Source: an uncultured Chloroflexia bacterium
GTDB taxonomy: Bacteria > Chloroflexota > Limnocylindria > QHBO01
Direction: 5' to 3'
Assembly: GCA_963695195.1 (NCBI GenBank)
Contig: CAVOGE010000007.1
Location: 408,494-472,493, forward strand
DNA length: 64,000 nucleotides
In this document: piece after piece, positions 16,404 to 26,108 of the stretch
Layout of the letters: every line of letters starts with the position of its first letter
Numbering within the stretch: position 1 is the first letter of the stretch
Made by a program: the position numbers and the translations under genes
Notes under the pieces: model-generated
The model's input: only the letters and a program-made list of their open reading frames with translations
The model's database searches: none
What the model was told of the DNA's origin: nothing

Positions 16404-18649
16404 CGGAAGGCGCGGTGCAGGAAGGCGGCCATCTGGCCACGGGTGACCAGCCCCTTGGGGCAGTAGGTCGTGGCCGTGCAGCCACTGGTGATGCCCGCCG
16501 CTGCGATGGCGTTGATCGCCGCCTGGTGGATGCTCGCGGAGTCATCGGTGAAGAAGTCAGTGGCCGACGGTGGCAGATGCAATGCCCGGGCGAGGAATGA
16601 GGCCATCTGCTCTCGGGTGACCGATGCGGTCGGGCAGTAGAGGCGCGTCCCGCAGCCGCTGGCGACGCCGGCCGCGGCGACGCGGTTGATATCGGCCTCG
16701 AACATGGATCCGTCGTCGTCATCGAAGGCGTCGGGCGCGCTTCCTGCCAGGCCGAGCGCCCGCGACAGGAATGCTGCCATCTGCCCGCGCGAGACCACCG
16801 CGTCCGGGCAGTATCGGTCTGGCGCGCACCCGCTGGTGATGCCGGCGTCGGCGATCCAGATGATGTCGTCCCGGAAGATCGAGTTGGCGATGTCGATGAA
16901 TCCGTCCGCCCATTTGGCGCCAACCGGGGTCCCACCAACGCCTGCGGAGTACTGGAACGAGTTGCTGCCCACGGTCAGGAAGCCAGGATCGGAGGTGAGC
17001 GTGCTCAGGTAGCCAGGCGGCTGGTAGTTCACGGCGGTGGCGCTCGGGCTGCCGAGCAGGTCCGCGCCGGTGTTGCCGTACAGGCCGCTGTGGTCGAGTG
17101 TCGCCGAGTTGCCGGTCACCAGCCAGACGCCGTAGCCACGGTTGCCGGTGACGAGCGTGTGGTTGATGGTGATGCTCGACGGCGCGACCTGGTAGCCGCC
17201 GATCTTGACCCCTTCGGCCCGGTTCCACCAGATCGTGTCGTGGTCGAGCGTCTTGTTGCTCGTCCCACGATCGACCATGACGCCGATCCCGTTGTCCCAG
17301 TACAGATTCCGTGACGACGTGAGGCGGCCGGCGCCGGAACCGTTGTATCCGTCGAACAGGTACAGGCCGAATCGACGGTTTCCCCAGACCTCGTTGCGCT
17401 CGACCAGCGTGTCCTGCACCGCCGGCATGCTCGATGCCTCCTGGGTGACATGGACCCCGACATCGTTGCCCCAGATGCGGTTTTCGCTCACCGTGGTGGT
17501 GCGCGCGCCATTGGCCACCGTGATCCCCGACGCGTTGTTGTAGGCGCTGCCGGTCGGATTGAAGTCCTGGTCGTGGAGGTCGTTGCGGCAGACGAGGTTG
17601 CCGCTGGTCGTACCCGTGTAACTGCTTCCCGAGACGGGGCCCTGCACCTTGATCCCCTGGAGCCCGTTGTCGTGGACGTCGTTGTCGCAGACGGTGGCGC
17701 CGGTGGTGCCCTCGTCGAGCTTGATCGCCTGGAGCGTGTTGAAGGCAGCCTCGTTGCGCTGGATGAGTGCACCGGTCGCAGGGTCAGCGCCCGAGCCTGT
17801 CTGCTCGCCGGAAACGGCCACCCCCATGTACAGGTTGCCGATCAGCCGGTTGTCGGATGCCTCGCCGTTATCGACCCCCTTGGCGAAGGCGATCCCATTG
17901 GCCGAGTGCCGGACCTCGAAGCCGCGCACCGCGACGTTATTGACGGGGTAGCGGCCGTCGAAGTAGAAGGCGTTGCGCACGATGACATCGATCCGATGGC
18001 TTCCCGGATTCGCGGCGGGCACGGTCGAGAGATACAGCTGCTTGGCCGCCGAATCCCACCAGTAGCCGCCGAGGCCGCTCGCCGCCCGGGAATTCAGCGC
18101 GGACAGGCTGGTCTGCTCCCAGAGCCAGGTCGTCTCGTCCTGGAAGACGGCCGTCTTGATCGAGCCGCTCGAGGTCGGGAAGCCGAACGGCGCAGTCGTC
18201 CAGGGCGTCTTCCAGACACCAGCCGTTCCGGTCGAGGACCAGCTCTTGCCGGGTGCCGGGGCGGCATCGGCGCCGGACACGACCGGCCGCGTGTATCCGC
18301 TGCTGGTGCCGTTGTAGCCGTATGCCTCGAATGCAATCGGCGCACTCACGCTGCCATACCGGTCCCAACTGGGCGGCACGGGTCGCTCGCGGTAGACGTA
18401 GTCGGCATAGCCGACAACCTGGATCGTCCAGCCGGCGGCAGACCCCGCCGGCAGGCTGCTGGCGGCTTTGCTGATCGTCTTGAAGGCCGATCCCAGGCTC
18501 GTCCCGGCGTCGCTGTCACTGCCGGTCTTGCCGTCCACGTAGAAGGTGCCGCCGGCAGCTGCGGCCGCGGGGGGCGGTGCAACCGCAAGCAGCGTCGCCA
18601 TCAGCGCGACGGCGGAGAGCAGGGAGACACAACGGCGAACGGCAGCCAT
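16400..18649 (-). CDS. secreted right-handed parallel beta-helix (pectate-lyase-like, PbH1 repeats) protein with three C-terminal SLH-like repeats
   Basis: Signal peptide. Repeated N.(V/I)W.N..G... beta-helix rungs (NRIWGNDVGVHV, NEVWGNRRFGLYL, NLYWDNGIGVMV, TIWWNRAEGVKI). C-terminal 3x ...AGITSGC....YCP..VTR.QMA.FL.RA. Confidence 0.8.
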   Translation of the reverse strand: MAAVRRCVSLLSAVALMATLLAVAPPPAAAAAGGTFYVDGKTGSDSDAGTSLGSAFKTISKAASSLPAGSAAGWTIQVVGYADYVYRERPVPPSWDRYGSVSAPIAFEAYGYNGTSSGYTRPVVSGADAAPAPGKSWSSTGTAGVWKTPWTTAPFGFPTSSGSIKTAVFQDETTWLWEQTSLSALNSRAASGLGGYWWDSAAKQLYLSTVPAANPGSHRIDVIVRNAFYFDGRYPVNNVAVRGFEVRHSANGIAFAKGVDNGEASDNRLIGNLYMGVAVSGEQTGSGADPATGALIQRNEAAFNTLQAIKLDEGTTGATVCDNDVHDNGLQGIKVQGPVSGSSYTGTTSGNLVCRNDLHDQDFNPTGSAYNNASGITVANGARTTTVSENRIWGNDVGVHVTQEASSMPAVQDTLVERNEVWGNRRFGLYLFDGYNGSGAGRLTSSRNLYWDNGIGVMVDRGTSNKTLDHDTIWWNRAEGVKIGGYQVAPSSITINHTLVTGNRGYGVWLVTGNSATLDHSGLYGNTGADLLGSPSATAVNYQPPGYLSTLTSDPGFLTVGSNSFQYSAGVGGTPVGAKWADGFIDIANSIFRDDIIWIADAGITSGCAPDRYCPDAVVSRGQMAAFLSRALGLAGSAPDAFDDDDGSMFEADINRVAAAGVASGCGTRLYCPTASVTREQMASFLARALHLPPSATDFFTDDSASIHQAAINAIAAAGITSGCTATTYCPKGLVTRGQMAAFLHRAFR

Positions 18650-18721
18650 GCACAGATGGTGGACCCCATCGGTGGCAGAGCCAACGGTACAAGGCGGTCA
18701 GCGCGGGTAGGACCGTTGGCG

Positions 18722-19918
18722 CTACCGAATCGGGTGGCCGAGGCCCTCGATCAGGTCGAGCAGCTTGGTCCGCTGGCCCGGCCAGCCCATCTGGTGGGCG
18801 GCTGCACGACCGCCTCGCCGGTACGCGGCGCGGACCTCCGGGTCGGCCATCTCGGCGATCGCGTCGGTCAACTCCTCGACCGACCGGCCGCTGACCAGGC
18901 GCACCTGGTCCGCAAGGTGTCGCCGCAACATGGCCGTCGCGGTCACGACCACCGGGACTCCGAGGGTCACGTACTCGAGCACCTTTGTCGGCAGGCCGTC
19001 CTCGGAGAATGACGAAGGCCGATAGGGCGCCACGCCAACGTCGATCCGCGCCGTGAATGCCTCGAGATCGTCGTGCGAAAAGGTACGCCGGTCGAAGTCG
19101 ATGACGTCTGCCGCCCTCGACTTCGAGATGATCGTCTCCAGCTCGTCCGCGAAGTCGCCGTCCCCAAGGATCGAGAGCGTGACGAGCACGCCACGCGCAC
19201 GAAGGGCGGCCACGGCGTGCACCGCCTGGTCGACGCCGAACCGCTCCACGATCGTCCCGTGGTGCCCGAGGCGCAGCGGCTGATCCACCGTGGGCGGTCC
19301 GGCGGCGTACGGCTCCTCCGCCCGACGATCCCCCACGGGCAGCCAGTCGTCGGCATCGGGCGCGTTCCAGACCCCGACCACGTGGGTGCCGTCGCGTGCC
19401 ATCTCGGCGAGCCGCTCGGCGTAGATGTCGTGGATCGTGATCAGGGCGTCGGCGAACCGCACGCTGCGCCGCTCGATCCGCTCAATGAGCCACCCGGCCG
19501 CCCCCCGACCCCCGAACTTGGCCTGGTAGAGGTCCGATGTCAGGTCGTGGATGTCGAGCACGACCGGCAGCCCACGCATGCGCGCGACGAGGGCGGCGAA
19601 GACCAGAAAGTCCGGAGGGTTATTGACGTAGACCACGTCCACGCGGCGCCGAAGCACCCTCCCGGTCACCGCGCCAAATGCGCGCGTCGTAACGGCGAGA
19701 TACGCAAGCAGGTAGGCAATGCGGCTGGCGCCCCGATACTTGCGAGCACCGAGCGAAACAAGGGTCACGCCATCCCGCCGCGCGGCGTCGACGGAGTGCT
19801 CGTCGACGAGCGCAGCCACCTCCACCTGGTAACCAGCCCCCGCGAGGGCGCGTGCGTGCCGGCGCACCCGTGAGTCACGGGCATAGGCTTCGTAGACGAT
19901 CAGAAGGACGCGTCGCAC
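18722..19918 (-). CDS. glycosyltransferase family 4 (GT-B)
   Basis: GT4 C-terminal motif region (PSSFSEDGLPTKVLEYVTLGVPVVV). Start set at the GTG giving VRRVLLIVYEAYARD, divergent from wecB. The 5' half of ORF 18722..20584 is junk. Confidence 0.75.
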   Translation of the reverse strand: MRRVLLIVYEAYARDSRVRRHARALAGAGYQVEVAALVDEHSVDAARRDGVTLVSLGARKYRGASRIAYLLAYLAVTTRAFGAVTGRVLRRRVDVVYVNNPPDFLVFAALVARMRGLPVVLDIHDLTSDLYQAKFGGRGAAGWLIERIERRSVRFADALITIHDIYAERLAEMARDGTHVVGVWNAPDADDWLPVGDRRAEEPYAAGPPTVDQPLRLGHHGTIVERFGVDQAVHAVAALRARGVLVTLSILGDGDFADELETIISKSRAADVIDFDRRTFSHDDLEAFTARIDVGVAPYRPSSFSEDGLPTKVLEYVTLGVPVVVTATAMLRRHLADQVRLVSGRSVEELTDAIAEMADPEVRAAYRRGGRAAAHQMGWPGQRTKLLDLIEGLGHPIR

Positions 19919-19988
19919 GGGATCTCGAGTATAAGCGCGCCCATGGACCACGCCCTGCTGTGCGCGGCGCAGGGCATACTTCCGGGCG

Positions 19989-21110
19989 ATGACCGACTCA
20001 GCCCCACACCCCATCGCGGTCTTCTTCGGGACGCGACCGGAGGTCATCAAGCTGGCACCGGTGATCCTCGAACTCCGCGCGCGGAAGGCGCCGACCGTGG
20101 TAGTGACCACTGGGCAGCACCGCGAGCTGGTCGATGACCTCCTCGACCTGTTTGGGATCAGCGTGGACGAGGACCTGAACCTGATGCGGCCTCGCCAGTC
20201 GATCGACCACGTGCTGGCCGGTGCGGTGACCGGGATCGGTCGCGCGCTGGAGCGATACACACCGCGCGCCGTCATCGTCCAGGGCGATACGACGAGCGCA
20301 CTCGGCGCCGCGCTCTCCGCGTTCCACCGCCACCTCCCGCTCGCCCACGTGGAGGCCGGCCTCCGATCGAATGACCTGGCCCTCCCGTTCCCCGAGGAGT
20401 TCAACCGGCGGGTGACGAGCCTTGTGGCGAGGTGGCATTTCGCACCGACCGATGCGGCAGCCGAGAACCTGCGACGCGACGGCGTCGGAGGCGAAATCTG
20501 CGTGACCGGCAACACCGTGGTGGATGCGCTGCGCCTGATCGAGGGGCGCGGCGTCCCGATGTCACAGGGAGCGGCGGACTTCATCGGCGACGCCCCCTTG
20601 CTGTTGGCGACGGCTCATCGCCGAGAGTCGTGGGCACGCGGCATTGCGGCCATCGCCGGTGCGCTCGCTGACGTGCTCGACGCGACGCCGGACTTGCGCC
20701 TCGTCTTCGTGACGCATCCAAACCCGGTCGCCCGCCGGCCGGTCGAACAGGCACTCGGGCATCACGATCGGGCGATGGTCGTTGATGCGGTCGCCTACTC
20801 GGAATTCATCGCCCTGCTGCGACGAGCAACCCTGATCGTCAGTGATTCTGGCGGCGTGCAGGAGGAAGGGCCGACGCTCGGCATCCCCGTCCTGGTTACC
20901 CGCGCTGTCACCGAGCGGCCCGAAGGGCTGGATGCGGGAGCGGTGCGGCTGGTCGGCACCGATCGGGCCACGATTCGCGACACGACGCTGGCGCTGCTGG
21001 GCAACCCCGCGGCGCGCGCCGAGATGTCGAATGCCGGCCGTACCGTCTATGGCGATGGCCACGCGGCCGAACGCATCGTCGACGTCCTGCTGGGCAAGGC
21101 GGCGTGCTGA
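19989..21110 (+). CDS. wecB: UDP-N-acetylglucosamine 2-epimerase (non-hydrolysing)
   Basis: [43 protein letters not shown] and the C-terminal YGDGHAAERIVDVL are all hallmarks of the WecB/MnaA family. Confidence 0.9.
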   Translation: MTDSAPHPIAVFFGTRPEVIKLAPVILELRARKAPTVVVTTGQHRELVDDLLDLFGISVDEDLNLMRPRQSIDHVLAGAVTGIGRALERYTPRAVIVQGDTTSALGAALSAFHRHLPLAHVEAGLRSNDLALPFPEEFNRRVTSLVARWHFAPTDAAAENLRRDGVGGEICVTGNTVVDALRLIEGRGVPMSQGAADFIGDAPLLLATAHRRESWARGIAAIAGALADVLDATPDLRLVFVTHPNPVARRPVEQALGHHDRAMVVDAVAYSEFIALLRRATLIVSDSGGVQEEGPTLGIPVLVTRAVTERPEGLDAGAVRLVGTDRATIRDTTLALLGNPAARAEMSNAGRTVYGDGHAAERIVDVLLGKAAC

Positions 21111-22471
21111 ACGAGCCGGCTGAGGGCGATGCACGGGACGCCGAACGCGCCGAGGTCCGCTCGTTCGGGGGTGCGGTCGTCCAGCTGACGGTGGTCCGCA
21201 TCGGTTCGGTGGTTGCCGGATTTCTGGCGAGCGTGCTCGCCGCACGCCTGATCGGTGCCGACGGTCTCGGGCTTGCCGGATCGGCGTTCACCATTGCCAC
21301 CGCCGGTGCGTTGCTGTCCAGCGGCGGACTGAACATCGCGGCCATCTACTTCCTCGGCCGCCGGCCCGGCGAACAGGGGCAGGTCGTCGCACGCACGCTC
21401 ACGCTTGGTGTGGGGGCAGCGGTGCTGGCGGTCCTGGTCGTGCTGGGCGCAGGGCTGGCGTTGCGCACGGTCGTCCTCGGCGAAGCGGACGGCACCGTAT
21501 TGCTGGCTGCCGCCGCACTGGCGGCCACGATCCTGACGTTCGAGCTGATCGGTGGGCTCCTGCTCGGCCTTCATCGTCGCACCGCGTACATCGTGGTCCA
21601 GGCGACCGAGGCGATCGGGTCACTGGCGCTGACCGCATTACTGCTGCTCATCGTGGATCGCTCCGCGGCGAGTTATCTCGCCGCGGCGGCACTCGGCTAC
21701 GCCGGCGGCGCACTGATCGCCTGGGTGGCGATACGCCGTCACGTGGGGCCCATCCGTCCTGACTTCGCGCCCGCCTTCGCGCGGGAGGCGCTGGGCATGG
21801 GTTTGCGCGGACAGGTTGGCAACATCCTCCAGTACCTCAGCCTGCGGCTCGATCTCGTGCTCGTCGCCGCCCTCCTCGACCTGCGAGCGGCGGGGATCTA
21901 CTTCGTCGCGGTGCGCGTCAGCGAGGTGGTGACCCAGGTCGCAACCTCGGCGTCCGCATTCCTCTTCCCGCAGGTGGCGGCGCAGACCGAGCGCCGCTCG
22001 ACGCGCGTCACCGAACAGATCACGCGCCTGACGCTGGTGACGGTGGTGGCCGGCGGACTCATCCTCGCGGCCGTGGCTGAGCCGCTGCTGCGTCTCGCCT
22101 TCGGCGATGAGTTCGCGACCGGCGCCGACGCCGTGCGGATTACGCTGCTCGCCATGCTGCCGTTGACACTCACCCGTCTGATCGCCGGCGATCTGAAGGG
22201 CCGCGGCCGACCCGGACTCGTTTCGTGGGCCGCCTTCGTCGGCCTGGTCGCCACCGTGTCGCTCGACCTCGTCCTCATCCCACGGCTGGGAATCGTCGGC
22301 GCGGCGCTTGCCTCCCTGCTCAGCTACGCGGCCGGCGCCGCGTTCATGCTCGGTGCCTACCGCCGCCTGACCGGTTCACGGATCGGCGCCCTGGTGCCGC
22401 GCCTCGGCGACCTGCGGGTGCTGGTCGATCTGGCCTGGGCCGGCGGGCGTCGTCGAGGTGACTCCCGTTGA
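21104..22471 (+). CDS. oligosaccharide flippase (Wzx/MOP superfamily; CsaA-like)
   Basis: 455 aa, about 12-14 TM helices, polysaccharide-biosynthesis-protein topology. Overlaps wecB by 7 nt and csaB by 4 nt. Confidence 0.8.
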   Translation: MLNEPAEGDARDAERAEVRSFGGAVVQLTVVRIGSVVAGFLASVLAARLIGADGLGLAGSAFTIATAGALLSSGGLNIAAIYFLGRRPGEQGQVVARTLTLGVGAAVLAVLVVLGAGLALRTVVLGEADGTVLLAAAALAATILTFELIGGLLLGLHRRTAYIVVQATEAIGSLALTALLLLIVDRSAASYLAAAALGYAGGALIAWVAIRRHVGPIRPDFAPAFAREALGMGLRGQVGNILQYLSLRLDLVLVAALLDLRAAGIYFVAVRVSEVVTQVATSASAFLFPQVAAQTERRSTRVTEQITRLTLVTVVAGGLILAAVAEPLLRLAFGDEFATGADAVRITLLAMLPLTLTRLIAGDLKGRGRPGLVSWAAFVGLVATVSLDLVLIPRLGIVGAALASLLSYAAGAAFMLGAYRRLTGSRIGALVPRLGDLRVLVDLAWAGGRRRGDSR

Positions 22472-23535
22472 ACGGGCGGGTGCGAGCTGTCGCGCTCGGC
22501 TACCAGGGTTTCGGCAACGTCGGCGACGAGGCCATCCTGGCGGGCATCGAGGAGCTCCTCAGCGACAGCCACGTGGAGGTCGTGGCGGTGGTGGGCGGTC
22601 ATGAGCAGATCCCGGCGTACCCTGCGGCTCGCCGCATCGCGACGCGCCGGATGCGCCCGAACCTCGCTTCACTCCGCGCGCTCAGTCGTGCCCGACTCCT
22701 GCTGGTGAGCGGTGGCGGGCTGCTGCACGACCACTGGGTCACCGTGGTGCCGACCTATCTCGCCTGGATGCTCCTGGCCCGCCTGACGGGGACACGTGTC
22801 GTATGGGTCGGCGTGGGCGTCGGGCCGCTCGACCGACCGATACTGAGGCGCATGGCCGGCTGGGCGCTCCGGCTTGCCGCATGCGTGACGGTGCGAGATC
22901 CCGAATCGGCACTGCTCGTGGCCAGGATCGCACCACGCGTGAAGGTGACCGTCGTCCCGGATCCTGCGCTGCTCATGGCCCCGCCTGCGGCTCGACCGAG
23001 GAGCGGGATCGGCTTCGTGGTGCGCGGGCCGACTCCCGGGCGCGACGGCGAAAGCGACGAGATGATTGGTGGCCTCGCCAGGGCCGCAGCGAACGCGGGA
23101 AAGGGCGATGTCCGTCTGCTCACGTTTGGCGGCCCGCGGGATCGCGCCTTCGCCGACGCGGTTCGAGGACTGGCGGCGCAGGACGGCAGCACCCTGCCGA
23201 TCGAGGAGCTCGGCCCTGACCCGCGCCAGGCGCTGGAGGTGCTGGCTGGGCTGCAAGCGGTCGTAACCGTGCGACTGCATGGTCTCCTGCTGGCGGCGCT
23301 CGCGGGCACCCCGGCGGTCCCGATCGCCTATGACGACAAGGTCGCGAGCATGGCCCGCCACCTGGGCCTCCACGAAGCCTGCCAGCCAGTCACGGGACTC
23401 ACCGGGCACGGCATCACTGCCGCGCTTGCCTCCGTCCAGACCGAAAAGCAACGAGAACTGGTGGCAGGTCGCTTGATCGAGATCCGATCGAACGCTGCCT
23501 TGCTCCGGCGCCTGATCGAGGCGGCAGCCCAGTGA
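22468..23535 (+). CDS. csaB: polysaccharide pyruvyl transferase (PF04230; CsaB family)
   Basis: N-terminus LGYQGFGNVGDEAILAGI matches the CsaB start (GYYGF.N.GDEAIL). Size is 355 aa. Sits directly after wecB and the flippase, as in the Bacillus csaAB arrangement. Confidence 0.8.
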   Translation: MNGRVRAVALGYQGFGNVGDEAILAGIEELLSDSHVEVVAVVGGHEQIPAYPAARRIATRRMRPNLASLRALSRARLLLVSGGGLLHDHWVTVVPTYLAWMLLARLTGTRVVWVGVGVGPLDRPILRRMAGWALRLAACVTVRDPESALLVARIAPRVKVTVVPDPALLMAPPAARPRSGIGFVVRGPTPGRDGESDEMIGGLARAAANAGKGDVRLLTFGGPRDRAFADAVRGLAAQDGSTLPIEELGPDPRQALEVLAGLQAVVTVRLHGLLLAALAGTPAVPIAYDDKVASMARHLGLHEACQPVTGLTGHGITAALASVQTEKQRELVAGRLIEIRSNAALLRRLIEAAAQ

Positions 23536-24704
23536 CGGACGCATCCGCGACACTGCCCACCCGTGTGGACGTGCTGCTGGCGGTCGGCTATGACCCGGAC
23601 GTTCGCGTGCGACGCATCACGCAGGCACTCGCCGGCGCCGGGTGCCGGGTGAGGATCCTGGCCTGGGATCGTGACGGCACGCGCCCCACGGCCGAGGGCG
23701 ATGGGCCAGTCAGTGTCAGGAGGGTTTCAGTGAGAAGTCGCTGGGGTCGCGGCTGGACGCAGGTCTTCGCCCTTCCCCGGCTCTTCATCCGCTACCTCGC
23801 CGCCGTGCGCCGCCGCCGACCGGACGTGCTGCACGCCGTCGACCTGCCGATGCTCGTTGCGGCCGTGCTGATCGCCCCCTTCGCCGGGCGTCCGCGAATC
23901 GTGTATGACGCCTTCGAGGTGTATCGGTTGATGGTCAGCCACCGGCTGCCGACCCCGATCCTGTGGGCGATCGGCCTGCTCGAGCGGCGGCTGCCGCGCC
24001 GGGCTCAGCTGGTGGTTACTCCGGGCGAGCGCCGACGCGCGTACTTCGCCAGGCTCGGCGTCAGTTCGATCTCGATCCCCAACTGGGTCGATCCGCCCCC
24101 AGTCCGACCGGATCGCGCCGCAGCCCGCGGTGATCTGCAGATCCCGCCAGACACCTTCTGCGTGGCCTACGCGGGCGCGCTCAACGAGGCCCGTGACGTC
24201 GACGCCCTGCTGCGCCACGCTCGGCGCAGGCCGGACCACCTGGTGATCATCGCCGGGACCGGGGAAGACGAGCCGCGTCTCCGGACCATGGCTGCGGACC
24301 TGCCGAACGTGCGCCTGGCCGGCTGGCTGGCCGACCCGTCGGGCCTGCTTGCCGCGGCGGATGCGATGTACTACGCGCTGCGGCCAGACCACCCGTATGC
24401 GGCACTGGCGGCGCCGAACAACCTGTACGTCGCCATCGCGCACCAGGTCCCGCTGGCGTATCGCGCGCAGGGTGAACTCGCCGAGGTCGGCGAGCAGCAC
24501 GAGATCGGGGTGCCATTCAGCGACGACGAGTCACTTGATGCCGCCCTCGACCAGCTGGCCGACCCGCAGGTCAATGGTCGCGTCCGCGGCAGCCTGGCAG
24601 AGCTCGGCGAGAGCTACCGCTGGGAGATCGCCGCCGAGCGGCTGGTCCGCGTGTACCCGATGAACGGGAGCGCCGCGAGCAGCGCCACGCCGAAGGGACC
24701 GTAG
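23532..24704 (+). CDS. glycosyltransferase family 4
   Basis: ATGA overlap with csaB. GT-B architecture with a C-terminal E-x7-E-like region. Confidence 0.7.
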   Translation: MTDASATLPTRVDVLLAVGYDPDVRVRRITQALAGAGCRVRILAWDRDGTRPTAEGDGPVSVRRVSVRSRWGRGWTQVFALPRLFIRYLAAVRRRRPDVLHAVDLPMLVAAVLIAPFAGRPRIVYDAFEVYRLMVSHRLPTPILWAIGLLERRLPRRAQLVVTPGERRRAYFARLGVSSISIPNWVDPPPVRPDRAAARGDLQIPPDTFCVAYAGALNEARDVDALLRHARRRPDHLVIIAGTGEDEPRLRTMAADLPNVRLAGWLADPSGLLAAADAMYYALRPDHPYAALAAPNNLYVAIAHQVPLAYRAQGELAEVGEQHEIGVPFSDDESLDAALDQLADPQVNGRVRGSLAELGESYRWEIAAERLVRVYPMNGSAASSATPKGP

Positions 24705-26101
24705 CCGCCGACCGCAAACGATTGGGTGACGGTGAGCGCCAGGATGCCGAGCCACCCGGCGACAAACCAGCCGCGCGGTATGCGTCGCGCTCGCCGGGCC
24801 GCAGCGACCAGGGGGAGCAGGAGGAGAGCACCGAACGCGGTCACGCCCAACGCCCCGGCTTTCAGCGCCACCGTCAGGTAGGCGTTATCCACCCCTGGCT
24901 GCTTGCCGATGGTGTGCGCTCTCGACTCGTTGTAGGCGAATCGAACGTCGACCAGCTGGCCGAAGCCATTGCCAAGCAACGGCGCGTCGGCGATCACCCG
25001 CATCGCGTTGAGGTAGGTCGCGAATCGTCCACCCGAAGCCACCGAGCCGATGATCACCGTGATGTCCGACTGTTCATCGCCAAAGGTGATCCGATCGAAC
25101 GGATCCTCCGGCGTGGAGGAGGACGAGCTTCCGACAACGGTCCAGGTGCGCGGCGTCCCGAGCCTGCTCACGCCGATGCCGCCAACAAACCCGACGAGCA
25201 GCGCCAGGGCCACCGCCGCGGAGGTGCGCCATGGGGGCATGCTCCAGCTTCCGCGGCGCCGACCGTCGAGGAGGTGCGCGGCACCGACGAGCAGCACGAC
25301 CGTGATGGTCACCAGCAGCGAGGTCCGGGTGAGGGTCAGCACCTGGGCCGAGAAGAGGAGCGCAAGCCAACCGACACGCCAGCTGACAGGGTGCCGGAGC
25401 AGCCCCCAGGTCGCGTAACCGACGGCAGGCACGAGGAAGATGCTGTTGCCGAACTGCATGCGCAGGGTGCCGCGGTCGTACGTCAGCGCGGAGAACTTCA
25501 GCCCGCCCTCGATAACCGGCCCGACAGCGGTCGCCACGACGACGATTGCCAGCGCCGTCGCCCCCAACAGCAGGCCGCGCACCAATGCAGCACGGCTCGT
25601 CCCGCTCAATACGGCCAGCGGAGCGGCGGCGTAGAACGCCCACCAGCGGGCGTCGCGCAGCACGTCTCGCATCGCGAAATCGCCGAGTGTTCCACCTGCC
25701 AGCGCAGCGGCACCCACGAGCAGGAGCACGCCGCTGGCAACGACGAACGCAGTGGCGCCGGGGAGCGCAAGGCGATCGCGGATTCGGGCCCGGTCACGTA
25801 CGACCCCAACCGTCGCGCCGGCCAGGGCGAGCCCGATCGCGAGGTCCGGAGGCCGAATCGGAAAGCCGGCCACCAGCCAGGGCGTCACGTCGGCTCCCCG
25901 TCCGTAGGGCAGCGCGATCGCGACAAGCAGGCCAGCAGGCAACCAGCCAAGGCGCCGATCTGCTGCAAGGCCCACGGTGGCCACGCCTGCCAATCCGACC
26001 GCTGGCCACCAGGCTGGCAGGCCCACCACACTTGCGGCAGCCAGGAAGAGAGCAACCCAACCGATCAGGGGCAAACGGGCACGGACAAGTGCGCTGCTCA
26101 T
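24614..26101 (-). CDS. O-antigen ligase / Wzy-type polymerase family membrane protein
   Basis: Polytopic protein with a large periplasmic loop (PF04932-like). Start set at MSSALVRARL (26101). The upstream part of ORF 24614..26416 is junk. The 3' end overlaps the convergent GT4 by ~90 nt. Confidence 0.65.
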   Translation of the reverse strand: MSSALVRARLPLIGWVALFLAAASVVGLPAWWPAVGLAGVATVGLAADRRLGWLPAGLLVAIALPYGRGADVTPWLVAGFPIRPPDLAIGLALAGATVGVVRDRARIRDRLALPGATAFVVASGVLLLVGAAALAGGTLGDFAMRDVLRDARWWAFYAAAPLAVLSGTSRAALVRGLLLGATALAIVVVATAVGPVIEGGLKFSALTYDRGTLRMQFGNSIFLVPAVGYATWGLLRHPVSWRVGWLALLFSAQVLTLTRTSLLVTITVVLLVGAAHLLDGRRRGSWSMPPWRTSAAVALALLVGFVGGIGVSRLGTPRTWTVVGSSSSSTPEDPFDRITFGDEQSDITVIIGSVASGGRFATYLNAMRVIADAPLLGNGFGQLVDVRFAYNESRAHTIGKQPGVDNAYLTVALKAGALGVTAFGALLLLPLVAAARRARRIPRGWFVAGWLGILALTVTQSFAVGGYGPFGVALLAALPFIGYTRTSRSAAISQR

Positions 26102-26108
26102 CTCCGAC

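Noticed and set aside
11419-18649. SLH proteins as the main S-layer lattice protein
   Set aside because: None has the size or architecture of a canonical S-layer lattice protein. Two are clearly enzymes with SLH anchors and two are small single-SLH proteins. The true lattice protein, if any, is probably outside the window.
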